Below are positions 1 through 11,969 of a DNA stretch of 64,000 bases, piece after piece. Source of the DNA: Mustelus asterias (lineage: Eukaryota). Location: positions 20,398,001 through 20,462,000 of the forward strand of contig NC_135808.1 of NCBI RefSeq assembly GCF_964213995.1, in the 5' to 3' direction. The notes under the pieces were generated by a model. It searched no databases and was not told the DNA's origin. It saw only the letters and a program-made list of their open reading frames with translations. Position 1 is the first letter of the stretch. Each line of letters starts with the position of its first letter. The position numbers were made by a program, and so were the translations under genes.

Positions 1-1619
1 TGTGGAGTTTGTAAATTCTCCCCGTGTCTGCGTAGGATTTCTTCGGATCCTCCGGATGCTCCGGTTTCCTCCCACAGTCCAAAGATGTCCAGGTGGATTG
101 TCCATGAAAATTGTCCCTTAGTATCCCAGGATGTTTAGATTAGATGGATTGGCCATGGGAAATGTGTCGGTGTACGGGGATAGGGAGATGGAGAGGACCT
201 GGGTAAGATACTCAGACAGTCGGTTCAATGGGCCGAATGGCCTGTTCTGTACTTTAGGGAAATTACGAATCTATAATCACAGTCCTAATTGGTGCCTTGT
301 AGGTAGTGGACACTTCTGGGGACACAGGCGGTGAGTTACTCGCTCAGAATCCCAGCCTCCGATCTGCTCTTCCAACCACAGCACTAAGATGGCTAGTCCA
401 GTTCAGGTTCTGGTCAATGGTGACCCCTAGAGGTTGAATGTTTGGAATTCAGAGATTGTAACGCCGTTGAATTTTAAAGTCAGGTGTTTAAGTGCGTCAT
501 AGCCTTTGCCTGGCACTTGTGTGGTGCAAATATTGGTAAAACATCTCAATACACTTCATAGCAGCCAATACGAAATAGAATTCGAGTCCCAGAACTAGAG
601 ACTAGGATAGGCGAACATAAGGTGGGTCAAAGAAATAGACTTCTAGAAATGTCTTAAAAAAGGCGAGTCGAGACAAAGCAGAGAGGCCTCTGCAGAGAAT
701 TGCAGGGATTCGGGTTCAGAGGGCAGGCCGCATTCTTATCCAACACATCAATCCCTTATCTCTTAGGGATTACTCATATCATTTTATAATTCTCTGGACG
801 TCTACGTATAATTGATGTGGGTGGCGGGACGTGCTAGTGGCAATGTTACCGGGCTAGCAATCCGCCCAGGCTAATGTTCTGGAGTCATGGGTTGCAACTC
901 CACCACGTTGCTGGAATTTACATTCACTTAATTAAAAATAAATCTGCATCTGAAAGTTGATCTTAGTCTCAGTCACTATAAAACGATAATTGAAAGTCTT
1001 CATAAAGCAGACGAATTACTGGCCTTTAGAAACTGGAATATTGAACATAAAAGCGAGAACTGATCATAAACCTATATAAACTGTGCTTTGGTTTCAACGC
1101 CCATGGTTTTGGGCGCCACAATTTAGGATGGATGTGAAGGTTGCAGAGAGGTCGCATAATACATACATGAATATGTTTCCAGATATGCGGAACATCAGTT
1201 GCATGGTAAAATTGGGGAAGGTGGGGTTATTCAGCTTGCCCAAGATTTCGTGGAGATTTGATAGATGTATTCTCGATCCATCCACCAGGGGCAGCAGTTC
1301 CTACTTATTCTGTGCAGACCCCTCTCTCCTGTCTCTCACTAAGCCAATGTTGTATCCACACGCCCATTGTCTTGTTAATGTCATGAACTTAGAATTTGCT
1401 AACAGACATACTGCCAAAGGCTATGGGTAAGTTCATACACACAACATTCGCCACGCTATGCTCATCAATCCTTTCTGTCAGTTCATCAAATAATTCAATC
1501 AATTAATCAAGCACAATTTTTCTTTAACAAATCAGTGCTGACTTCTTTGATGAGCCGCCAATTTTTTGGAGTCGTGGGGGGCGGGGGGATGGGGGGGGGG
1601 GGCGGGTGGGGGGGTGGGG

Positions 1620-2355
1620 GGAGACTATGGTGTAATGCTAATGCTACTGGTCTAGTAATCCAGAGATCCAGCCAAATCTTTTGGGGGCAACTCTTCAAAT
1701 AACACCTTGGGAATTTTAAAAATTTGTTCATGGAATGTGGGTGTCACTGGCTGGTCCAGCATTTATTGCCCATCCCTGAGGGTACTTAAGAGTGAACGAC
1801 ACTGCTGTGGATCTGGAGTCACATATACATAGGCCAGACCAGGTGAAGGCGACAGATTTCCTTCCCTCAAGGGCATTAGTGAGCTAGATGAATTTTTACG
1901 ACAATTAACAATGGTGTCATAGTCATTAGACTTTTCATTCTGGATTTTTATTGAATTCAAATTTCACCATATGCCATGGTGGCATTCGAACCCAGGTCCC
2001 AAGAGTCTCTTGTGTTGGGTCTCTCGATTACTATTCCAGCGACAATGCCACCTCGCCACTGCCTGCCCTCAAATTGGTGAAATTTGCATTCAATTAATAA
2101 ATCTGGAATTCAAAGCTATTCTCAGTAATGGTAATAGTAACTATGAAACTGCAATCGATTGTAGCAAAAACATCTTCTTCACCTAATGCCCTTTGGGGAA
2201 GGAAACTGCTGTCCTTACGAGGTGTGGCATATATGCGACTCCAGACCCCATGGCAATGTGGTTGACTGTCAACTGCCCTCTCAAACTAGCAATCCACTCA
2301 GATGGGAAGGGTAGTTAGGGATTCAGGCCATGCAAGTGATGCCTACATTCTATGA
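1620..2355. mobile_element. Nested tRNA-derived SINEs with L2-type tail, SacSINE1/Deu-SINE-like (also about 820-1030, 17040-17230, 34320-34500, 39485-39855, 40940-41110, 53027-53310)
   Basis: A plus-strand copy is split by a minus-strand copy (about 1725-2068). Shared motifs: ctagtaatccagag, aatctg.c.tccttac.tggtctggcctacatgtgactccaga and gggatgggcaataaatgctg. Family name from recall. Confidence 0.7.
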
Positions 2356-3876
2356 AATCTGCTATGAAATCTTGTTTCTCCAGGGCTTTTCTGCTCCGTT
2401 AAGCTAAATATACCGTAAAGTAGAAAGCATTCAAAGTTGATGGAAGCACATTCAGTTTTTGCACGCCAATGAAAAAGTTGGAGATTTTTCTATGTAACAA
2501 GCATTCATTATAAATAAGATTCAAATTTCATCAACGGGCAAACCCGTTCCTTTATTTAACTTTTACGCTCTCATACAAATTCATATCAATATTTGGTAAG
2601 TGTTTTGCCCACTGTCTTTCTTCATTCTCACCATCTTCTCCTTCATACACGTTTTCCTTTATTTCCTTGTATATTGACTGTTTTAATGCGCTTTATTACC
2701 ATAGAGCAAGCAGACTGAAAATGTACTTGATCAACATGCAATAGTGAAGAAGAAAACAACATAGAATTATGGGGCCTGCGTTTGAAAAGGATTGCTATCA
2801 GAAACGTGAACAGCGCCACCAGTGTGGACCGCAAGAATTGCACTATTTAGCATGACTCCGACCAGCCAGCTAATCCATCAAATCTATTTCTGGTTGATTA
2901 CAAAGATACCACTGGCCAATGTGCGTCTCTTTTTTTTTACTAACATGGCATGTGTAAACACCACGTTGTTAGAGATTTCAATACTGATTAGAGTTAATAA
3001 AATACACAATGCGTAATGTTCTTACTGGATAAATATCATCTTAATCACAAGCCACAAAACAGTTCGTATTAGCCCAGATGGAATGCTATTATGTTCCAGA
3101 TATTATTGATTGAGCCATATTTTATGCTTTGCACAAGAAGTCTATTATACCGAACAATGCATGGTTGCAAATGACCAACAGATCAGAAGTAGCACTGACG
3201 TCCCACTGTCATGAAGACTGTCTGACTGTCTGGTACAAAAGACTGATGTTTTTGATTCCCAATAAGAAATGAAGTTATGGTGGGGAAGTTGTTGGAAACT
3301 TGATTTGAGGATAGAATGGCTGCACACTTATGAAATTTGAATTATTTATGGAGTGCCACCATGGATTTGTAAAGGGTAGTTCATGTCCCTGGAACGTAAT
3401 AGTACACATCTTGTGGAAGTAACTAAAGGTGTAGACGGAGAAATATCTATTAGGTATATTCAGACATTAGGATCGAATTCTGTAAGGGCCACTGTTATGG
3501 TTCAGGTTAGAAACTTCAAAGTGTTTTATGAAGACCGCCTGAATCATAAGTTTTGCATCTTGAATTTGGCTGGGATAAACATGATATGTTCCACTTCAGG
3601 TGTGATTCAAAAGACCCACGAGGGAGCTTTTATCGAACAAATGTTATTTAAGACTACAGTAAACATATATGGAATGACAAATCGCAATAACTTTCATCAA
3701 TTACAAGCGAAAACAAAACAATCACAATAATATATAACCCTTAACCTATGAGATGTTCAATCAAAACCAATATCCAATAAACAAAACCCTTTAACAGATT
3801 TATCACTGCACAGGATAAAGCTCACATGATACTGGAATTCAGTTCCCTGGGTTGAATTTGAAATGATCTTAAGACC

Positions 3877-4455
3877 ATAAGACCATAAGACATAGGAGCG
3901 GAAGTAAGGCCATTCGGCCCATCGAGTCCACTCCACCATTCAATCATGGTTGATTTCAACTCCATTTACCCGCTCTCTCCCCATAGCCCTTAATTCCTCG
4001 AGAAATCAAGAATTTATCAATTTCTGTCTTGAAGACGCTCAACGTCTCGGCCTCCACAGCCCTCTGTGGCAATGAATTCCACAGACCCACCACTCTCTGG
4101 CTGAAGAAATTTCTCCTCATCTCTGTTCTAAAGTGACTCCCTTTTATTCTAAGGCTGTGCCCCCGCGTCCTAGTCTCCCCTGTTAATGGAAACAACTTCC
4201 CTACGTCCATCCTATCTAAGCCGTTCATTATCTTGTAAGTTTCTATCAGATCTCCCCTCAACCTCCTAAACTCCAATGAATATAATCCCACGATCCTCAG
4301 ACGTTCATCGTATGTCAGGCCTACCATTCCTGGGATCATCCGTGTGAATCTCCGCTGGACCCGCTCCAGTGCCAGTATGTCCTTCCTGAGGTGTGGGGCC
4401 CAAAATTGCTCACAGTACTCCAAATGGGGCCTAACCAGTGCTTTATAAAGCCTCA
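3877..4455 (-). mobile_element. CR1 LINE 3' fragment
   Basis: EYCEQFWAPHLRKDILALERVQRRFTRMIPG...RLRGDLIETYK...FFSQRVVGLWNSLP, plus 3' UTR and microsatellite tail. Confidence 0.93.
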
Positions 4456-5019
4456 GAAAACTCAGAGCAGTTTGTTGTCAGATCAGCTCCCCGAAACACC
4501 AAAGCATAGATTGTTTACTTTCTTTCAGCAACTGGCAAAAATTTCAAAGCAAAACTGAGAGATAAAGAGACTTCGTTTCCAGTTTGCTTCTATGACTGCC
4601 TCTAACACAGGAGCCAAAATGAAACTGAAAGCTGAAAAGCTTCGGTCACCTGACTTGCCCAGTTTTATTCCTCCTTCCAGCAATGGCATCACCCAAGGCT
4701 GTGACCATGTTCGAAAAGCCTCTTAAAGGTGCACTAACATCACATGTCAGTTTGCGAAAATTAAACATTGCAGAATCAAAAGAAAAGTTGTGATCTTGTT
4801 GGATTACCATTTTTGGGGGTTGTTCAGGATAGGCAGTAAGGCAAATGGGTATGCACTCGAAATAAAGGGAGAACAGTTTCTTTAGCTATGGAAGTCTCTG
4901 CTTAGACCATGTCTGTGTAGCCCTGGGCTACACAATCGAAATCATATATTGATGTCGGAAAGATGTATTGCAGAGTCAGGAGAATGCTTACCAGGGTTTC
5001 AAGGGTTAAACTGTTTAAG

Positions 5020-5326
5020 TTTAAAATTTATTTATTACTGTCAGAAGTAGGCTTACATTAACACTGCAATGAAGTTACTGTGAAAATCCCCTAGTCACCA
5101 CACTCTGGCGCCTGTTCGGGTACACTGAGGGAGCATTTAGCATGGTCAATCAACCTAACCTGCACATCTTTGGACCGTGGGAGGAAACCGGAGCACCCAG
5201 AGGAAACCCACGCAGACACGGGGAGAATGTGTAAACTCCACACAGACAGTCACCCAAGATGAGAATCAAACCTGGGTCCCTGGCGCTGTGAGGCAGCAGT
5301 GCTAACCATTGTGCCACCGTGCCACC
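5020..5326 (-). mobile_element. HE1/V-SINE, alternative-tail subtype (also 17437-17686 +, 22185-22490 +, 53786-54062 +, 63476-63757 -)
   Basis: tRNA-like head ggcacggtggcacagtggttagcactgctgcctcacagc, V-domain gtctgcgtgggtttcctccgggtgctccggtttcctccc, tail ...ttcacagtaacttcattgcagtgttaatgtaagcctac. Confidence 0.88.
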
Positions 5327-5344
5327 CCAAAGATGATTGCATTT

Positions 5345-5418
5345 CGTCCCTGGGTAGAATTGAACCACCATCCTTTCGGTTAACAGCTGAACGTGCTAAC
5401 GGATTGTGCCACAGAGAC
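5345..5418 (-). pseudogene. tRNA-Asn(GTT) pseudogene
   Basis: GTCTCTGTGGCACAATCCGTTAGCACGTTCAGCTGTTAACCGAAAGGATGGTGGTTCAATTCTACCCAGGGACG: 74 nt, about 9 substitutions versus vertebrate tRNA-Asn, with a damaged T-loop/B-box. Confidence 0.85.
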
Positions 5419-5971
5419 TACATAGCACCATTGTGTGGTAGGGTTAATTACATGAACCTCCTGTTCCCTTGAATGGACGATATTAGGAAGTGATTTGAAC
5501 GAAGTTCTAAGGCTTCCCAAAGCAATTAACAGGATTTATAGAGAGGGACCTATTGCACTGATTGGGTGTCTAGGGCAGGGGCACATGACCTGAAAAACAA
5601 AGCCAGGTTATTCAGCAGGAGGTGTAGAAAACAACTTTTCATTCTGTGTTTCACAGCTGTGGAACTCTCGTCCACAAAATAAACAAGAGATACTGGTCAA
5701 TTAAGCTTGACGTCAACATATTTTCCCGAATCAATGATTCATCTATATAAAGTCAATGCAAACACCAAAATAAAGCCAATAAGATTTTCCGATATTCGAC
5801 AACTCACAAAGGAATCTAGCTTTCTCTGCTTGAAGTTCTCAAATTCAAATTCAAATTGATGCATTACTCGTCTGTATTCTCACAAATACCAGCAATACTC
5901 GGCTTTTACCCATAAAGAAGCAACAAAAAATGTTGGAAAATCTCAGCAGATCTGACAGATGACCCTTCGTC

Positions 5972-6014
5972 AGAGCTCTGATGAAGGGTCATCTAGACTT
6001 GAAACATTAGCTCT
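5972..6014 (+). ncRNA. Minimal HHR motif in a PLE-derived palindromic repeat (about 5925-6033, resuming 12587-12660)
   Basis: AGAGCT-CTGATGA-A-GGGTC atcta GACTT-GAAA-CATT-AGCTCT: 6-bp stem I, stem II, and a stem III palindrome apparently decayed ACGT>ACAT. Confidence 0.7.
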
Positions 6015-6033
6015 ATTCTTTCCCCACAGATGC

Positions 6034-6624
6034 TGTTGTGGGAAAAATCCATTAGTAGTCAGACTTCGAGATTCAGAAAATACGATTTATTTAATAGAGC
6101 TCCGTGGAGACAAGGCACGTGTCTGTAGCAAACCTTCTCTCGGTAGAATGTCGGGAGCGGTCCATCTTTATACTTTTTAGACAATGGATGGACCGGTGAT
6201 TCGAACATTATCACATCGTTTAGGCAGGTACAAACAGATGAAGACATTTAACATAGTATTGGTTTTATGAATGGGTACATTTCCTAATGTCTGTATCTAT
6301 CAATGGTTGGTTTCGGCTCATTCAGGTGTTAATTGGTTTCCTCGCATTCATATTTTCCCGCCCTTCCTATGGCTAATCTATTCCCTTTGTTTCGGGTTTT
6401 CCTTATCTTAAAATATATCTCGACCCTCTGCTTGGCTTCCTGAGGAGTTTGTTTACTATGAGTCACTGTCTGTGATTAAGGAATGGCTTGTCTGTTAAGT
6501 TTTGATTTAAAGTGATTTCTGATAAGTGGGAGCCGGTGTCTGCTTTTTGGCTCCTTTCCCAGTTAACTCTTTATGTGCCAGGCAGCCATTTTAAAGTGTG
6601 TTCTCCTTGTATTTTCCCTTTACA
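6034..6624 (-). repeat. ERV 3' LTR
   Basis: Direct repeat of 11991-12581. On the minus strand, TATAAA (6167-6172) precedes AATAAA (6086-6091), giving U3-R-U5 order. Confidence 0.97.
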
Positions 6625-6637
6625 GTCCCTCCTTTTT
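6625..6637 (-). promoter_or_regulatory. Polypurine tract
   Basis: AAAAAGGAGGGAC immediately before the 3' LTR on the minus strand. Confidence 0.85.
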
Positions 6638-6682
6638 GGTCGGATTATAGCTTTAACAATCCCCAGACCAACAATCATACAT

Positions 6683-8188
6683 TCACATATACAAATCTTC
6701 GTTCTTCTCTCCTTCTTTGCTTCTTTCGATGTCTTCATTTATTCCAGTATCTTCATTTCTTCCGATGTCTTCAGGGATCTTCATTAGGGGCTCTTCTTCG
6801 ATGTACACACTGGCTCCTGGCACAATTCTGGTCAACATTATTTTAAAACAGACTTTAAGGCATCCCACAGTCAGACAATAGACAATTATAATGACAATGA
6901 GTATGACCAATCCATGTAACAGGTACGACTCCCAGGACTCCCCCACCAGCCATGCCAGCCAACTACGTCCTCTCCTGGGTCCCTATCTAAAGTTATCAAG
7001 TTGTTTCCTGATGTCATTGATGACCTGTGTAATGTTGTAAGACTCATCTGTGACATGGGTTATGCATTTGTTGCCTATGATTGCACATACTCCCGCTTTT
7101 TGTGCTAACTGGTAGTCCACTGCGTATCGTGTCTGCTGTGCATACAATCTCAGTTCAGCCGTTTCTTGGTTAACAGCCTCCAATGCTTTTGAAGTGCTGT
7201 TTCCCAGGATTGTTAGTCCACAAGCAATATGGTTTCTATTCTTTGCTCCAATTACCCCAACTGACCCCCCCCCCCCCCCCCCCCCAGAGATAAAGCTCTG
7301 AGGAACCCATACCCCAGTGAGGATCCCAGTGTACCCGGGGCTTCCCAGTCAGCGCAGAATTCCCTGCTAATAGCCCGAGTTACTACTCTCCTCCGAATGT
7401 ACCCCTTCTGAGGGCATGGAACAGTCAGTGGCCCGATTGTCCCTAACGCAAAACGGCTTGGGCGTTTGGTGTTTCTGTCATGTAGGTACCATTGAAGAGG
7501 AATACATATCCCTTCTTAGCCCGGTAACACTTAGTGTCCCGATTATGAGTTTGCTCATACTGCCAATTGTTCGGTTTACTTGACTCCCCGTTTGATCCCA
7601 CCACCTGGTAAGTATCAAAGGGGTATGTCCATTTGGCTGAGCTTACGTGAGTTCCATTACATTGCCCGCAAATAAGCTGTCTTCCCGCGGTCATATTTAA
7701 ACATTTCTGTTCGTCGCAAATACAGGTAATCTGTCCCTTGTTAATTCGACAATGTTGACGGACACACTGTGTCTGTACACAAGAATCATTCTTAGGGACT
7801 AAGGCATAGGCACATCCCCATCCCTGCCCCGTAAAACGAGGCGGATAGCTTGCAGTATCTGAACAAGCTTTTCCTCCCACCTGTTGGATCTGTGGGGTTT
7901 ACAAATCCCACACATCTCCCCTGTAAACCTCTTTTATATTTGCCAATTTGTCCCTTACAGGGTGTCTCTGATGTATCTACAGTATATAAGTCATGAAGGG
8001 TCCACCCAGGGGTGGCTACAAATAGGGCTTCTACAGATTGTGTTAACGGGTAACATACAGTTCGATTCCCGTGTAAATGCACGTGAGCTTTGTAAAACAA
8101 ATTATCTTCCAGCCCAGTCAAATTTACAGTTGCCACAACGCAAAATAATAGTTACATACGCGATTACATACATGTCCGCAACAGTCAT
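6683..8188 (-). pseudogene. env: ERV env (SU-TM), disrupted
   Basis: Signal-like N-terminus, Cys-rich SU, basic site RRRVVTR, heptad and immunosuppressive-domain-like QTRYAVDYQLAQKAGVC, CX6C, TM helix. Frameshifts near 8140, 7880, 7455 and the poly-G at 7265-7285, plus an in-frame TAG at 6983-85. Confidence 0.9.
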
Positions 8189-8310
8189 AAAACTTAACAC
8201 TATAATTCAATTTTTACAAGTTATTTTATTTATTAACCCGCGCACGCCGGCTCTTGCTTGCAGTCTTTGCCTGTGTCGAGGAAAGCAGTTCTGTTAGTTC
8301 ATCAATTTAG

Positions 8311-8805
8311 CTACTTATCTCCTTTGTATAATTTCAGCTGCGTCCAGTGCTTCCAGACACCTTTCCCTCTTATGTCTATACAGGCACAGGTGTCCCCACT
8401 AATTATAATTTCATATGGCCCATTCCACTTTGGTGCAAACCCTGGTTTGTCGGGTAGTGTTTTCACTCGGACGCGACTTCCCGCTGTTGGGACGTCAGGG
8501 AGTATTTCAAGCTCTCTCTCTGCATCTTTTATTTCCTGATTGTCTTTTACCAATTTGCGCAACCCTTTTAGCTGGGTGCTCAGGTCCAGAACGTATCTCT
8601 TGATTTTATCTTTTAGTGGGCCGACATCGGTCCCACCTGTTATGATGCTTTCTGGTAATTGCATCGCCCGTCCTGTCATTAGCTCATAAGGGGTTAATCC
8701 GGTTGTCCGGTTTGTGGTAGCTCTTAATTTCTTTAAAATAGTGGGCAATACCTCTGTCCACCTTCTCCCTGATGTCTGCATGGCTTTAGCTAGTGTATTA
8801 TACAT
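8311..8805 (-). pseudogene. pol: ERV integrase C-terminal remnant
   Basis: TLAKAMQTSGRRWTEVLPTIL...TGLTPYELMTGRAM...PKWNGPY...WKHWTQLK, corresponding to the integrase post-DDE helices and the GPY/F C-terminal domain. Confidence 0.9.
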
Positions 8806-10189
8806 TTAACTACATATGCCCCTTTCATAGAAAGCTTAGTGTGAATTAAATAACACTTTGTACTGGCCTTTTTTGGCTGCAGCTGGACATCCATTCATTT
8901 GTATGTAATCTTATCAAAAGACATCGCTTTCCCCATTAAAATCACATGCCATACAGCTCCAATCTTTATATATGATGTACTCTTACATTATCTCTAATTT
9001 GATCATTTGTTTGCGTGCAAGCGCCGCACCACAGTACTTCACAAAATAATTTTGTTTTTATCAATACACAAGATATAGTATATAAATATATCATACAAAG
9101 TTGGTTAAGGCTTTTCAGGATTTGATGTTATTCTTGTGTCTATATGGCAGTGCTATACTGTATAATAAAAATAATCAAGCGGCAGTTGTATCATACCACT
9201 TTACACATCGTAACCGTGATATCCAAACCCTTTTAATTCAAACCGTTTCCATTTTTAAACTGAGCTCCGGATCAAAACCCCTGCACTCTCGGGAAAATAA
9301 CAGGCGCCGAATCAAAATCAAAGTAGGTACAATACATACCAGTTATTTGATTAGGAACGTTTTGGTTTCTTAACTGGCTAGATTTTAAGTTTTGCAGTGT
9401 TTTTATATTTGGCAAACCTTGAACAATAGATGGCACATGAAATGCCGACGGCAGTATATAATTTTAACCAGTTCAGAATACTAAACTATCCGACGTTCGT
9501 CAATCGCGATATTCTGCGATTAATACTGTATTTCACTGACTTGATATATTTTAAACTGACTCATAGACAATATATTTACCTCAGTCTTTTGTTCCTGCTT
9601 TTCTAGCTTTCCACAAAATTACTTATTTTCTTCTCTTAACTTCTCAACTAACTCTTATAATTTCTACTTTAAGACAAAGGAAAGAGCACATGGTTCCTTC
9701 CAAGGTTTAAATCCTTTCTTAACATTAAAACATCAAAGCAAACAACAACAAAACATCCACGCAACCACTTTGTTTCAACACACACAGACACACATGGAAG
9801 CTTCCAAAAGTCATTCCACAGCACATCCTTTTTCATTCAAACTTAGCATTTCAAACTGGGATGAGAGTAAAACGTTCAAAGAGAATACAGAACGTTGATT
9901 AAGACGGTCGCTTTTATTCTTCTTTCTTCCGAACTGTGATGAACTCAAAACAGAACTAAATTCAAGATATCTTATCACTTTAATCTTTAACAGTTTTAAC
10001 ACTCCCCCAGCCCCCCTGAGGCTGAACCAAGGTGCAGTGCACTGCACCCACTGCCTGCAACAAACATTCCACAGGAACAAACAGGCTTCTCTAGCTCCCT
10101 GCTATCAATCTAATACAACAACAACCACCTACATTCGACAAGCTACCAGATCTCACAAACACACTGAAATACAAAAACGAAGATCTCTC

Positions 10190-11266
10190 CTATCCACCTC
10201 CAGGTATGCCACTAGCCCATTCTACCAATTCATCGTAATCTTGGAACATGATCACTCCCATTTTTAGGATGAATTGGTGAGCACTAGAGAGTCCATCCTT
10301 AAAAGCCTGGATGAACGCTCGATCTCCTCGCCCTGGATTCCCTTGTCCTGAGCACTCTTTGTATATCACGAACAGTCGTTCCCCGTACTCAGAAGCTCCT
10401 TCTCCTTTTAGCTGCTTTGTGGTGGTAATTCTGCTCCAGTTAGTGGGAGCATTCCCTAAGACCCTCTGAATTTCTTCTTTAAACTGTAAGAAGGGTGCCT
10501 GCTGGGCATCCATCTCTGCTGTTAGGGGGATTACATGTGTCCACCGTCCCCCATTATAATCCTGTGCTATAGGGGCAGCGGGTCCACCTACTACCTGCCT
10601 CCACTTATCCGCTGGACAGGCTGCCCTGACCAGCTGGTGTACGTCTCTTAGGTGTAGTTGGTGTCCTCCCGAAATCATGTCTAATTCTTCCCAGAATGTA
10701 GTGTTCGCGTTTCTAGTTTGTAATTTGCCCAGGGAAGCCATTATCTGCTGTCTCTCACCTGGGGTAAAAGGTTTATAATTTGTTTTTGGTCGCGCTGCTG
10801 TCCCCCTTCGGGTTATGGGCGCTAAGTTGTGTTCCAGCTGTTCCCATTCTACTGAGGGAGCGGTTGGTCCTTGCTGGATCGACTCATAAGAAGGTGGAGG
10901 ATCAGTTTCTCCTTCCAATTGCCTTTCTAAAACCTGATTTTGCTTTTCCAGTTCCCTCACTGGGGATTCTAATTCTCTAATTCTTTCTTTATCTTCCCTC
11001 CATTTCCTAGTAGAGGCAACTACTTGTTCAATTAGACCTGCTAACTGATGTGTTAACGTTACTCCTATCTTCTTCATTTTGTTTCTTTTTTCTTTATCTA
11101 TCCACTCTCTCTGTTGCTCTAAGGTTTGCGAAGTATCCCAGCCATCCTTTTGCATTCTCTTTATTAACTCCTTCCTGTCTGTCATGTAGATTTCAATCAG
11201 GGAACCTCCAGATCCCCTTTTAACTTCACTATGTGCCATTTCGCAGATTTCACTAATCCCGGCCAT
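10190..11266 (-). CDS. gag: ERV Gag (MA/CA), 358-aa open frame, no nucleocapsid zinc knuckle
   Basis: Late-domain motifs PPSY and PTAP, major-homology-region-like QLKGEGASEYGERL, AFIQAFKDGL, and position after the PBS. Confidence 0.9.
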   Translation of the reverse strand: MAGISEICEMAHSEVKRGSGGSLIEIYMTDRKELIKRMQKDGWDTSQTLEQQREWIDKEKRNKMKKIGVTLTHQLAGLIEQVVASTRKWREDKERIRELESPVRELEKQNQVLERQLEGETDPPPSYESIQQGPTAPSVEWEQLEHNLAPITRRGTAARPKTNYKPFTPGERQQIMASLGKLQTRNANTTFWEELDMISGGHQLHLRDVHQLVRAACPADKWRQVVGGPAAPIAQDYNGGRWTHVIPLTAEMDAQQAPFLQFKEEIQRVLGNAPTNWSRITTTKQLKGEGASEYGERLFVIYKECSGQGNPGRGDRAFIQAFKDGLSSAHQFILKMGVIMFQDYDELVEWASGIPGGG

Positions 11267-11270
11267 GATT

Positions 11271-11395
11271 ATTCTTTAGTAAAGTGTGCTCTCTACCGTA
11301 GGGACTTCACTACCCCCGGCCACTATTACTATTCTTAGCAAAGTGTGCTCTCTACCATAGGGACTTCAGTACCCCTGGCCACTATTGCTATTCTC
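11271..11395. repeat. About 60-bp tandem duplication in the ERV leader, just upstream of gag
   Basis: Two copies of attct(t)tagyaaagtgtgctctctaccrtagggacttcastacccc(c/t)ggccactattrct. Confidence 0.85.
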
Positions 11396-11969
11396 ACACC
11401 GTGTTTTACTGCCGTTACAGGGTTTCAAGTTATACTCACGGCTTCCACGATGACCACTTCGGCAATGTGCTTCTCCACCGGAGTCCGGTTTAGGTCAGAG
11501 TTGATCAAACTCCTGTTCCGCCCCACTTTTCACAACATTGACAGTACAGTTCCCAACTTTTCCATACTTTCATGCAATCAGATGGCAACTCTGCGTCTGT
11601 TCACCACTACAGAGTTTGATGTTAAACCGACTTTTGTCCCTTTGTGCTTCACAATCTTTTGGTGCCCTTGGTGTCTCTCACTCACTTCAATTCCTGACCT
11701 TCACGTGGCAGATTTCTGCTCTTAATAGCCAGTCTAAGGCAGAGGTTTTGAGACAGGCACTACCTTGTCCTTTTGTCGATCAGCACAAATCACAGTTACT
11801 TATTACTATCAGCAGTTAGTACTTATCACTATAACAAATACTATCACAAATACACAGTACAAATATTTCCCCCTTATAAACTGTATTTTCTGATCCAGTC
11901 CGACTTTTACAGATTCCGCGATCTCTACCCCGGTTGCGACCGTGGCCAATTGATCTCACCAGCAATAGG

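Noticed and set aside
2643-2843. Minus-strand hydrophobic ORF (FLRSTLVALFTFLIAILFKRR) as the TM exon of a third NCR3 gene
   Set aside because: There is an in-frame stop just upstream, the acceptor is weak, no good donor follows, and no minus-strand V exon was found between 3 and 20 kb.
5345-5418. Functional tRNA-Asn gene
   Set aside because: Multiple stem and T-loop/B-box substitutions, mostly CpG decay, and no oligo-T terminator directly downstream.
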